Shown here one piece after another: positions 55,895-64,000 of a DNA stretch of 64,000 nucleotides. The stretch's first letter is position 1, and each line of letters starts with the position of its first letter. Under the pieces are notes generated by a model. That model was not told the origin of the DNA and searched no databases. It saw only the letters and a list, made by a program, of their open reading frames with translations. The position numbers and the translations under genes were made by a program. The DNA is from a virus (taxonomy: Duplodnaviria; Caudoviricetes). The stretch lies in IMG/VR virus record IMGVR_UViG_3300002835_000006; one strand, 5' to 3'.

Positions 55895-57021
55895 TAGATT
55901 ACGTATATTTGACGAGGCATTGCTCTGAATTTCATTTGTTTATTTAAATTTTCAGCAATTTGAGCTTCCCTTTCCATTACCTTTTCGGGTCTCAATCTCG
56001 TAAGCCATCCCTCTGCACCAATCAATTCTTCTAATAGCTTTGTTTTCTCATCTTTAGCTTCTGTTTGAAGTATTTGATAGTCCATCGTCAATTCTGAATC
56101 AGGAGTTTTCAGGTTTCCGCTATACTTACCTCTAACTCTCGATAAAGTTTCTTTTGCATATGCTGTAAACCATCTTCTAACCCATTGTTGGCCAGGTACA
56201 TTCAGTTCTTCCCAACTCAATTCAGAAATAGGAACATCTGTTGGTAATTTTATAATATCGGGATTAGCTTTCAAACAATTAGCTCTGTCATCAGGACCAA
56301 CGTCATAATACCAATACCATACGGCTTTACCTTCATACAAGCTGTAGTTATTCCAATTAAAACGACCTCCAGGGGTATTATAAAGGAATATATTTTTCTT
56401 TCCATCAGGTAAACCTGTGATTCTGTATGTTAGGGAACCTCCCAAAATTCTATTCAGGATGTTGGCTTCTTGCATTCTAATGAGATAATCAAACCCACTC
56501 ATCATAAAGTAAGAACCTTGATATCCCATCTGTGCGTATCCTGCTTCATTTGCGCCCAAACCAATTCCACCGAAACCAAATCCACCTATACCACCTAATC
56601 CGAATGCTGTCCACGGTTGATTGGAAAACCATAAAAGTTCATTCACTTCTCTACCGGCAGGGATTTCATAGTTTTGTTTGTTTCTCTCTAAAACAAAATA
56701 ATCTTTCTTCAGGACCCAAGGTCCCATAGTTTGTAGACCAACTATCTTTGAGTATGAATATGCGAATTGTTGTTCAAAATCCATCGTTCTTGTCACCAAA
56801 GCCCTTGCCACTGATTTCTCATTCATGTTCAGATTTACAAGGTTTACCCATTGACTATCAATCAACCATTGAAGAACATACTCTTCATAATCTCCAATAG
56901 ATAATTCCATTAAAGAATCTAACATTTCATCCGTCAATTCAACACTTCTTAAAGGTGCCCCTAATTGATGTTTGATTCTTGTATATATTCTACTTCTTTC
57001 TGGTTCAGGAATTACTGACAT
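55894..57021 (-). CDS. Neck/head-completion protein (T4 gp13-like)
   Basis: LGAPLRSVELTDEML N-terminus; WVRRWFTAYAKETLSRVRGKYSG near C-terminus; ATG at 57021; late motif 57037-57044. Confidence 0.75.
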   Translation of the reverse strand: MSVIPEPERSRIYTRIKHQLGAPLRSVELTDEMLDSLMELSIGDYEEYVLQWLIDSQWVNLVNLNMNEKSVARALVTRTMDFEQQFAYSYSKIVGLQTMGPWVLKKDYFVLERNKQNYEIPAGREVNELLWFSNQPWTAFGLGGIGGFGFGGIGLGANEAGYAQMGYQGSYFMMSGFDYLIRMQEANILNRILGGSLTYRITGLPDGKKNIFLYNTPGGRFNWNNYSLYEGKAVWYWYYDVGPDDRANCLKANPDIIKLPTDVPISELSWEELNVPGQQWVRRWFTAYAKETLSRVRGKYSGNLKTPDSELTMDYQILQTEAKDEKTKLLEELIGAEGWLTRLRPEKVMEREAQIAENLNKQMKFRAMPRQIYVI

Positions 57022-57036
57022 AGACAAGTTTTATTA

Positions 57037-57044
57037 TATAAATA
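57037..57044 (-). promoter_or_regulatory. Putative late promoter TATTTATA (minus strand)
   Basis: TATAAATA on + strand upstream of neck gene. Confidence 0.55.
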
Positions 57045-58538
57045 TCATACTAAGGTATAAATCAAACTACTCACGGGGAATATGTAAACGTTACTGCCAA
57101 AGGTTGTGGCATTATTTTCTAAAATTACGGTTTCAAACTTATTTGTGAAAATCATCCAATCTTGTTCGTATGGTAAAATTTTACCAGTTGTTTCTACGTA
57201 AACTAAATCATCTTCTATTTTGTAACTTGTAAGAGGTTTAATTTGGAAAGTGTTTATTTTTTCATTTTTTATAATTTGACCATCTAATCCTTGGTTGTCA
57301 CTTTCAGCGCCAAACCCACTTTTGATATCAACGTTTTCTTTTCCGAATTCTTTTTCTAATCTTGTTTTTGTTTGATTTTCTACCTTGTCCCCTTTGGTTT
57401 TACTATTACCTAAATTGGACATAATTTTCTGAAAAAAGGGGGAGTCTTCAACAAAAATTTTGTTTGAATATTTTTTCAAAATAGAGGTCAGTTTTTTCAC
57501 CGCCATGACCTGTTCTTTGGGAGTTCTATTCTGAAAATGAATTATTTCATGATTATTATCTTTTAACAATCTGTTTACACTTTTGGTGATTAAACAAAAA
57601 GCTCTGTAGTTACCAGCCAAAAAACTAATATTGTGTCTTTCTCCATTTTTATAAAATCCTTGCATTATATTGTTTTCAGGGTCTTTGGGTTTGAATTCTA
57701 ACCAGTCCACTTGTTTCAACGCGGCATAAATTCCCATACCATACAACTTACTTATTTCGTTGTCTTTCATTAGGTTCTGAAAAAATTTCTCATCTTCGGT
57801 TGTACAATCCACAATATAAGATTTACCTTCAGTCATTATTTGTTTGGAAATTTTATTTTCTAAAAGTTTTGTTTGAGTCTTCAGTTCGAACAATTTACTA
57901 ACAAAATCCCAATTTACGACTTTCCAAAAATTTGAAATATATTCATCTCTTTTGTTCTTATATTTCAGATAGTAAGCATGTTCCCATAGGTCAAGACCCA
58001 ACAAAGGAAATCCCCCACCCTCTATAACATTCATTAGTGGATTGTCTTGATTTGGAGTTGACATTATTTTGAGTTTGTTGTTTTTTGTTAAAACCAACCA
58101 AACCCAACCTGAACCAAATCTTTCTTTAGCGGTTTGTTCAAACTTCTTCTTGAAGTTGGAAAATGTTTTGAACTCAGAAAAAATTTTCTTTTGTAATTCT
58201 CCTTTGAGTCTGACTGGGGTCGGGGTGAGCATATTCCAAAATAATGCGTGGTTGAATGCTCCACCTGCGTTGTTTCTTATTGTTTTGTCGTATCTACTTA
58301 TGTTTTTTATAATTTTTTCTAAATCCCAATCACCCATTTTCTTTTTCGAGAGTGCCTGATTTAGTTTGTCTACGTATCCCTTATAATGTTTATTATAATG
58401 AAAATCCATAGTTTCGGCATCAATAAAGGGTTTCAGTGCTGAGTAGGAGTATGGTAATTTTTCAATTCCGATTTTTTTCATTTCCTCAATCAATATTTGT
58501 CTTTGTGATTCGGAGTTGTTTTTGTTTTCTGTGTTCAT
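57045..58538 (-). CDS. Fe/Mn superoxide dismutase fused to an unknown C-terminal domain
   Basis: HYNKH, NNAGGAFNHALFW, FGSGWVWL, NQDNP, DLWEHAYY in first ~225 aa; ~270 aa extra domain. Confidence 0.88.
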   Translation of the reverse strand: MNTENKNNSESQRQILIEEMKKIGIEKLPYSYSALKPFIDAETMDFHYNKHYKGYVDKLNQALSKKKMGDWDLEKIIKNISRYDKTIRNNAGGAFNHALFWNMLTPTPVRLKGELQKKIFSEFKTFSNFKKKFEQTAKERFGSGWVWLVLTKNNKLKIMSTPNQDNPLMNVIEGGGFPLLGLDLWEHAYYLKYKNKRDEYISNFWKVVNWDFVSKLFELKTQTKLLENKISKQIMTEGKSYIVDCTTEDEKFFQNLMKDNEISKLYGMGIYAALKQVDWLEFKPKDPENNIMQGFYKNGERHNISFLAGNYRAFCLITKSVNRLLKDNNHEIIHFQNRTPKEQVMAVKKLTSILKKYSNKIFVEDSPFFQKIMSNLGNSKTKGDKVENQTKTRLEKEFGKENVDIKSGFGAESDNQGLDGQIIKNEKINTFQIKPLTSYKIEDDLVYVETTGKILPYEQDWMIFTNKFETVILENNATTFGSNVYIFPVSSLIYTLV

Positions 58539-58549
58539 CAAGTTTTTTC

Positions 58550-58557
58550 TATAAATA
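58550..58557 (-). promoter_or_regulatory. Putative late promoter TATTTATA (minus strand)
   Basis: TATAAATA on + strand, 11 nt upstream of ATG at 58538. Confidence 0.55.
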
Positions 58558-58563
58558 ATGAGA

Positions 58564-60312
58564 TTATCTCATTTCGTTGATTCTTTGGAGAATTTCTTCC
58601 ACGTAGTCTGCGGAATTGTTGTTGTCACCCATCACTGTGGCGATGACGTGTTTTTTCTTATTTAATATGTCGTATATGATTCCCTCAATAGTATTTTCAA
58701 ATATTGGGTAATAAACTAGTACATTACTTTTTTGTCCGTATCTGTAAGCTCTGTCTTCTGCTTGTGAGTGGTCTGAGGGTAAAAAGGATAAATCGTTCAT
58801 AATTACAGCTTCAGCGGCAGTCAAAGTAATACCAACGCCGGCTGCTTTTATGTTACCGACAAAAACTTTTATCTTATCATTTTCTTGGAATTGGTCTACT
58901 GAAAATTGTCTTTCCGCTTTGGACATGGAACCATCTAGTTTGACCGCCGTCTTCCCGAAATGTTCCAAAATTTTGTTTAGGGAATTTGTAAAATTACAGA
59001 AAATTATAACTTTCTTATCTTGTTCGATTATATTTTCTGCAAGTTCTATTGTTTGGGTTATTTTTTCATCTGCAATAATTTGTCTTACCTTAGTGAGTTT
59101 TGTAAATTGAACGGTCAAAGATTTAGACTCTTCAGGATTTTTCTCATACCAATTATAGTATTCACCCATCACCTCTTCATATTCTTTTGACTTCAGTCTT
59201 AAATAAATTGGTGTGATAATTTTATCAGGTAAATCAAGTACGTCTTCTTTTAATCTTCTAAGTGTAAGGTTCGAAGTTCTATCTCTCAGTTCTTCTAAGT
59301 TTGAGGCTCCCATAACATTCCATACTTTCCGTGGTCCAACCCTAAATTGATATCCACTACAATATCTTATAACGTAAGCCATCCAATTTTTGGCAACGGG
59401 TGAGTCAACCAAACTCAATAGATTATAATAATCAATTGGTCTTGATGTCATGGGGGTACCTGTCAATAACCAAATCCTATCTACCTTTTTTACTATATCA
59501 TTTATAAGCTTTGTTCTTTGTGCTTGAGCATTCTTGATATAGTGTGCCTCATCAACAATAACCAAATCAAAATTGGCGCTAATAATTTGCGATTCATCTT
59601 TTCTTTTAGTGTCATGGAAGTTCTTTATTATATCGTAGTTTATTATTACAAAATCGTTATTAGGGTCAAAGTTTTTACCTTCAGCTATATAGATAGATTT
59701 ATCTGAATAATTTTCGATTTCACGCTTCCAGTTTATCTTCAAGGTTGCGGGACAAATTATCAAAACCTTTTTAGCCCCACATTCCAAAGCCGCTATTATA
59801 GTTGAGGTGGTCTTTCCTAACCCCATATCATCCGCTAGAATGTATTTCTTATTTTCTACTAATTTTTGAATTGCTTCTCTTTGGTGAGATAGTGGTGGTC
59901 GATTAGAATACTTATCAAAATCTAAAACAACGTCTTTCACTGTGTTGTCTTTAATCATAGCCGCTTTTGGAATCCAAAACTCGTTGAGTTGGTCTGTTTC
60001 AAAAAACCTACCCCAAATGTGATATGCCTTTTCCTTTTCAGCTAATAGTTTTTCTACCCAAATTTTTTCGGGAATTTGGTGTAGTAATTTATCGTCTGCA
60101 AATTTTTGAGCAAAGTAAGCATCGAGTACAACCCATTTTTTTGCGACTTTGGGTTGTTTATCAAAATTGTTTATTATATATTCAGCCTGACTTCTTGTTG
60201 GGTAAAACTTTTTATTCACCTCGGATTTTCTTTTAAGTTCCAAGATGTAGTTATTAGCCCCGCTATAGGTTTCTAATAATGAAATTGCTTTTGATTCTAA
60301 AGTATTCGACAA
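58564..60312 (-). CDS. SNF2-family (SMARCAL1/HARP-like) helicase
   Basis: LADDMGLGKT, DEAH, LTGTP, AAGVGITL, QAEDRAYR. Confidence 0.92.
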   Translation of the reverse strand: MSNTLESKAISLLETYSGANNYILELKRKSEVNKKFYPTRSQAEYIINNFDKQPKVAKKWVVLDAYFAQKFADDKLLHQIPEKIWVEKLLAEKEKAYHIWGRFFETDQLNEFWIPKAAMIKDNTVKDVVLDFDKYSNRPPLSHQREAIQKLVENKKYILADDMGLGKTTSTIIAALECGAKKVLIICPATLKINWKREIENYSDKSIYIAEGKNFDPNNDFVIINYDIIKNFHDTKRKDESQIISANFDLVIVDEAHYIKNAQAQRTKLINDIVKKVDRIWLLTGTPMTSRPIDYYNLLSLVDSPVAKNWMAYVIRYCSGYQFRVGPRKVWNVMGASNLEELRDRTSNLTLRRLKEDVLDLPDKIITPIYLRLKSKEYEEVMGEYYNWYEKNPEESKSLTVQFTKLTKVRQIIADEKITQTIELAENIIEQDKKVIIFCNFTNSLNKILEHFGKTAVKLDGSMSKAERQFSVDQFQENDKIKVFVGNIKAAGVGITLTAAEAVIMNDLSFLPSDHSQAEDRAYRYGQKSNVLVYYPIFENTIEGIIYDILNKKKHVIATVMGDNNNSADYVEEILQRINEMR

Positions 60313-60323
60313 ATTAAATTTTG

Positions 60324-60689
60324 TTAAAATTGGACACCATTTCCATAATCAATGAAAAGTTCTTCACCAACTTGGATTTTTCTCAGAGATTTGAAAACAA
60401 AAACGTTTCTTTCAGTGTCTGATTCCCAACTTACGTTCGGCATTTCACTATGGTTGTAATACGACCCGTATCCTGTAACCAAAACATGATTCACCCAATT
60501 TTCTGATTTAGGCCAACAAAAAGCGTAATTTTGGAAAAAGGGTAATTTTTCTTGTCTTCGGTGTGGGAAGAGTAAAAATGGGCAAGTGTCAATAATTTCA
60601 TTATATTGTATCTCTTCGGAACAAAAAACACCCAACCCATGAGTTGTACTGTCTTTGAGATATATTTTTTTTGGTGGTCTTATTTCCAT
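60324..60689 (-). CDS. SET-domain protein-lysine methyltransferase
   Basis: HGLGVF, YYNHS, GEELFIDYG. Confidence 0.85.
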   Translation of the reverse strand: MEIRPPKKIYLKDSTTHGLGVFCSEEIQYNEIIDTCPFLLFPHRRQEKLPFFQNYAFCWPKSENWVNHVLVTGYGSYYNHSEMPNVSWESDTERNVFVFKSLRKIQVGEELFIDYGNGVQF

Positions 60690-60732
60690 GGTTTATGAAA
60701 AATTTTTGCTTGTAATATAATAAAACTTAAAC

Positions 60733-60739
60733 TATTTAT
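60733..60739 (+). promoter_or_regulatory. Putative late promoter TATTTAT
   Basis: 6 nt before ATG at 60746. Confidence 0.5.
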
Positions 60740-60745
60740 CAATAT

Positions 60746-61258
60746 ATGCAAAAATTAGTTCCGATAACAAGATTAGGTAAGTTCTTTGGTGGGGAAGATT
60801 ATTCTTTGGATATTGATATGGGTGAGGAGTGGTTGATTGGTGATATGAACTTCACTGTTGTATTATACAGAATTGATAGATACAAAACTAAAACTGATGA
60901 TGTATATGGTGAGGTACTTGAGGACGGCATTCAATTTATGGCACCTGTTGAACTTAAAGGTTTGGTTCAAATATTGGCACCAACCAACAAATTGCTTGGT
61001 AACTCTAGGGTAAAACAACAGGAACCTGGTAACATGAAATTTTCTGTTTATCAAAAAACTTTGGATGATGTACAAGTCGAAGTGAACATGGGAGATTATT
61101 TAGGGTATTATGAAACGGAAGACAGAGTCAGATATTACACTGTAATAAATGACGGAAGAGTAAAATCAGACAATAAACACACATACGCTGGTTACAAGCC
61201 TTTCTATAGAACAATAGAGGCAACTTGGGTAAGTGAAAACGAATTTAGAGGAATATAA
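60746..61258 (+). CDS. Neck/head-closure protein (T4 gp14-like)
   Basis: VVLYRID..KTKTDDVYGE, MGDYLGY layout; position in neck/tail region. Confidence 0.6.
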   Translation: MQKLVPITRLGKFFGGEDYSLDIDMGEEWLIGDMNFTVVLYRIDRYKTKTDDVYGEVLEDGIQFMAPVELKGLVQILAPTNKLLGNSRVKQQEPGNMKFSVYQKTLDDVQVEVNMGDYLGYYETEDRVRYYTVINDGRVKSDNKHTYAGYKPFYRTIEATWVSENEFRGI

Positions 61259-61668
61259 TGAAATTGATAATTACAGAGTCACAATTTGACTCATTATTTA
61301 TGGGACAAAGAGTTATGGTCTACTATAACTTGAACAGGGAGACATTTTCAATTTCATATTTGGGAAAGGTTATAATGCATGCTGACTACGTTAGATTGAA
61401 AGACGTTGAGTTCAGAGTTAGACCAGGTGGAAAAGAAAGAGTTAGAGATGAGAAAAGAAAAAATGTACATGCTTTTGTCATAGGTACACTTTTGGATTTT
61501 TGTGAATTTCCTTGTGATAGAATTGAGGAACCTTATAGTGATTTGATTGTGACCTATAATCCATATGTGAATGATACATTCGTACTCAAAGGTACAGACA
61601 AGCCAGTTTATTTTGCAGAAGAAGTTGAAATGGTGAATATGAAAAATAAAATTTACATAACTCAGTAA
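61258..61668 (+). CDS. Conserved phage hypothetical protein
   Basis: VYYNL..FSI..VEFRVR.GG.ERVR.EKRKNVHAFV..VTYNPY pattern; MKLIITESQF N-terminus. Confidence 0.7.
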   Translation: MKLIITESQFDSLFMGQRVMVYYNLNRETFSISYLGKVIMHADYVRLKDVEFRVRPGGKERVRDEKRKNVHAFVIGTLLDFCEFPCDRIEEPYSDLIVTYNPYVNDTFVLKGTDKPVYFAEEVEMVNMKNKIYITQ

Positions 61669-61669
61669 G

Positions 61670-62710
61670 ATGCCATTACCTAAACAAGTTAAACCAACTT
61701 TACCGTTAGTTCCAAAAAAAACTTTGTATTCTAGAAGAGAAGAACTTTTGGAATATATAAACAAAGATGGAACTTATTTACCAAAGTCAGTTTTACATGC
61801 GGACTTAGACAGAGGTATGTTGGACTTTGTTAAAAACGAATTGAAAGTAGTGACCGCTGGTAAGACAATCCCTGTTTTAGATATTATACTCACTACACAA
61901 AACTGGTCTCAATATGTTGAAACTTGGAAGTTTGTAGATTTAGATAATAATCCTGAACCTCCTTTCGTTACCGTTGTAAGAACCCCCGAAGTGAAGTACG
62001 GTACCAATCCGGCTCTTAGATGGAATATACCGAATAGAAAACAATTTTATTATGCGTCAGTTCCCACTTGGGATGGAAACATGCAGGGTATGGATATATA
62101 CACAATCCCACAACCCGTTCCTGTAGATGTTACTTATTCTGTGAAAATAATTTGTAACAGGATGAGAGAGTTGAATCAACTGAACAAAAATGTTTTACAA
62201 ACTTTTGCATCAAGACAGGCATATACTTTCATTAAAGGTCAGTATGTTCCTATAATAATGCAGAATATTTCGGATGAGTCTCAACTCAATATTGATTCTA
62301 GAAAATTTTATATTCAATCATATGAGTTCATTATGTTAGGATATTTGATAGACGAAGAAGAATTCCAAGTCAAACCCGCCATACAAAGAATGGCTCAGGT
62401 TTTTGAAATTGATGGTAGTAATCTTGGTAGGAGAAGAGAAGTTTGGCCAAAGTCACCACAATCATTCCCATCTGAACTTTTGTTTGTTGTGGGTAATACA
62501 ACTTTGACCGATAAAATTTATTTCACCGCGGACATGAAAATTATAAATCTCACGAACGTTGACTCTTACGATGTTTATATAAATGGTGATTTTTATGGAA
62601 CGAACGTTCCTTTGATTCAGGTAACCAACCAAGATATACTGGAAGTAATTGTTGTAAAACTTGATAATACTAAAGATGCTGTTATAGGTTTGGAAAACAG
62701 TCTATTTTAA
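61670..62710 (+). CDS. Probable tail completion/terminator protein (gp15-like)
   Basis: Between neck and sheath genes; PVPVDVTYSVKI strand pattern. Confidence 0.5.
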   Translation: MPLPKQVKPTLPLVPKKTLYSRREELLEYINKDGTYLPKSVLHADLDRGMLDFVKNELKVVTAGKTIPVLDIILTTQNWSQYVETWKFVDLDNNPEPPFVTVVRTPEVKYGTNPALRWNIPNRKQFYYASVPTWDGNMQGMDIYTIPQPVPVDVTYSVKIICNRMRELNQLNKNVLQTFASRQAYTFIKGQYVPIIMQNISDESQLNIDSRKFYIQSYEFIMLGYLIDEEEFQVKPAIQRMAQVFEIDGSNLGRRREVWPKSPQSFPSELLFVVGNTTLTDKIYFTADMKIINLTNVDSYDVYINGDFYGTNVPLIQVTNQDILEVIVVKLDNTKDAVIGLENSLF

Positions 62711-62868
62711 TTCTCTCCGTATATATCTTTCTTTTCTTTACACTTTTCTATTATCAAGTTTTCCAAAAACTTATAAATTTTTATTCCCCTTTTTTCACAA
62801 TAGGTTTTTAGTAAATCGTGGACAGCAGGGTCTATTTTGATATTCTTTATTTCTCGTTTCTTTTTCAT
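62707..62868 (-). CDS. Small ribbon-helix-helix-like DNA-binding protein (53 aa), absent from ORF track
   Basis: MKKKREIKNIKIDPAVHDLLKTYCEKRGIKIYKFLENLIIEKCKEKKDIYGEN. Confidence 0.65.
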   Translation of the reverse strand: MKKKREIKNIKIDPAVHDLLKTYCEKRGIKIYKFLENLIIEKCKEKKDIYGEN

Positions 62869-62946
62869 GGTAGAAAAAAGGTAGAATTTATTCTGCCTAC
62901 TATCAAATAGATATTATAAATCAAAGTTTTTTCATAATTATTAGAA

Positions 62947-62953
62947 TATTTAT
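62947..62953 (+). promoter_or_regulatory. Putative late promoter TATTTAT
   Basis: 34 nt before sheath ATG. Confidence 0.55.
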
Positions 62954-62987
62954 CAGTAAAATAAATCTGCAATAGAATAATTTAATA

Positions 62988-64000
62988 ATGGCAACAGCAC
63001 AAGTAAATCAAAAAGTATATGTGTCACCTGGTGTCTACACTTCTGAGACCGACTTATCGTTCGTAGCTCAGAGTGTGGGGGTAACAACATTAGGTCTCGT
63101 AGGAGAGACAATAAAAGGTCCAGCATTTGAACCCATCTTCATTACAAATTACGACGAGTTCCAAGCCTATTTCGGTGGCACTGAACCGGTAAAATTTGTA
63201 AACACTCAGATACCAAAGTATGAAGCTGCTTATATAGCCAAATCTTACTTACAACAATCAAATCAACTTTTTGTTACAAGGGTATTGGGATTATCAGGTT
63301 ATGACGCGGGTCCTTCTTGGTCAATCACAACTATTGCAAACGTAGACCCTACAACCGTTGACTCAACCGGTACGACTTCGTTTACAAATACATTTACAGC
63401 AACAACGGCTACCGTGACTGTTTGGGGTAACACCTTCCCTACAGAAGTATCAAATGATTTTACAACTCAATATATCTTATCTAATGGAAACACTTCCACT
63501 TACCAAGCGAGTTTAGACAACTATATACAACAAGTCTTAGGTGATAACACTTTGAGTGCAACATCATCTTATTTTTATGGTTCTGTACCTGATGCAGATT
63601 ATAATAGTATCACATCAACTTACAGTAGTACTAACAATGCGTTCGGAGTAAATAATTTAAATTTAGCGTTCAATGACCTAAGTTCATCGGACAATGATAC
63701 ATGGTTCTATGCAACATTTGACCCAGGAGCTAATAATTCTTATGATGGTTATTCTTGGGATTTCTACATAAATGATATACAGGATATTGGTTCAGGTACC
63801 TTTACAGGTTCTGTTTCAGGAAACATATATAATTTCTCGGGTACTGCTTATCCTGATTATAATAACATGGTTGTTGCAACCTTGAGGTCGAGAGGTATTT
63901 CTTTATATACAAATAATTCAGGTCCAAATCATGGTCCAATATACGAAGTTACAGGTTCGACAGACTTAGATATGATTTGTACAAATCAATATTCAGGTGT
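62988..64000 (+). CDS. Tail sheath protein (T4 gp18-like), 3'-truncated
   Basis: MATAQVNQKVYVSPGVYTSETDLS..GLVGETIKGPAFEP..YDEFQAYFG..LFVTRVLG; frame runs to window end. Confidence 0.9.
   Translation, partial: MATAQVNQKVYVSPGVYTSETDLSFVAQSVGVTTLGLVGETIKGPAFEPIFITNYDEFQAYFGGTEPVKFVNTQIPKYEAAYIAKSYLQQSNQLFVTRVLGLSGYDAGPSWSITTIANVDPTTVDSTGTTSFTNTFTATTATVTVWGNTFPTEVSNDFTTQYILSNGNTSTYQASLDNYIQQVLGDNTLSATSSYFYGSVPDADYNSITSTYSSTNNAFGVNNLNLAFNDLSSSDNDTWFYATFDPGANNSYDGYSWDFYINDIQDIGSGTFTGSVSGNIYNFSGTAYPDYNNMVVATLRSRGISLYTNNSGPNHGPIYEVTGSTDLDMICTNQYSG

Noticed and set aside
1-64000. Alternative genetic code (stop-codon recoding seen in some jumbo phages)
   Set aside because: Core genes are full-length in the standard code, and TAA, TAG and TGA all terminate genes cleanly
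1-64000. tRNAs, introns, inteins, homing endonucleases, integrase, diversity-generating retroelement
   Set aside because: Intergenic gaps are too short and no cloverleaf, intein splice motifs, LAGLIDADG/HNH/GIY-YIG or reverse transcriptase motifs were recognised

Overview
The window is a gene-dense, AT-rich segment of a large T4-like (myovirus) phage genome, most likely a jumbo phage infecting Bacteroidota. The host inference rests on a Bacteroidota-type ribosomal protein bS21, a DUF4494-like gene, a TTTG-N20-TAnnTTTG promoter and A-rich, SD-less start regions. It contains the head module (TerL, portal, prohead protease, scaffold, major capsid), baseplate/neck/tail-sheath genes, a gp55-like sigma factor, family B DNA polymerase, SNF2 helicase, PhoH, dUTPase, an SOD fusion and a SET-domain protein. 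It also carries two large glycan-synthesis clusters (about 20 genes: GT2, GT-B, GT10, GT11, GT25, a Gnt1/GT60-like GlcNAc transferase, two HtrL/YibB-like proteins, GDP-mannose 3,5-epimerase, FkbM and TylF methyltransferases). The most striking arrangement is three mucin-like Thr-Pro repeat proteins followed directly by an operon that starts with a polypeptide GlcNAc-transferase homologue, suggesting a phage-encoded protein O-glycosylation (virion glycocalyx) system. A recurring TATTTAT(A) motif precedes most structural genes on both strands and is the likely late promoter. All family assignments are from motif recognition by eye; no database searches were run.
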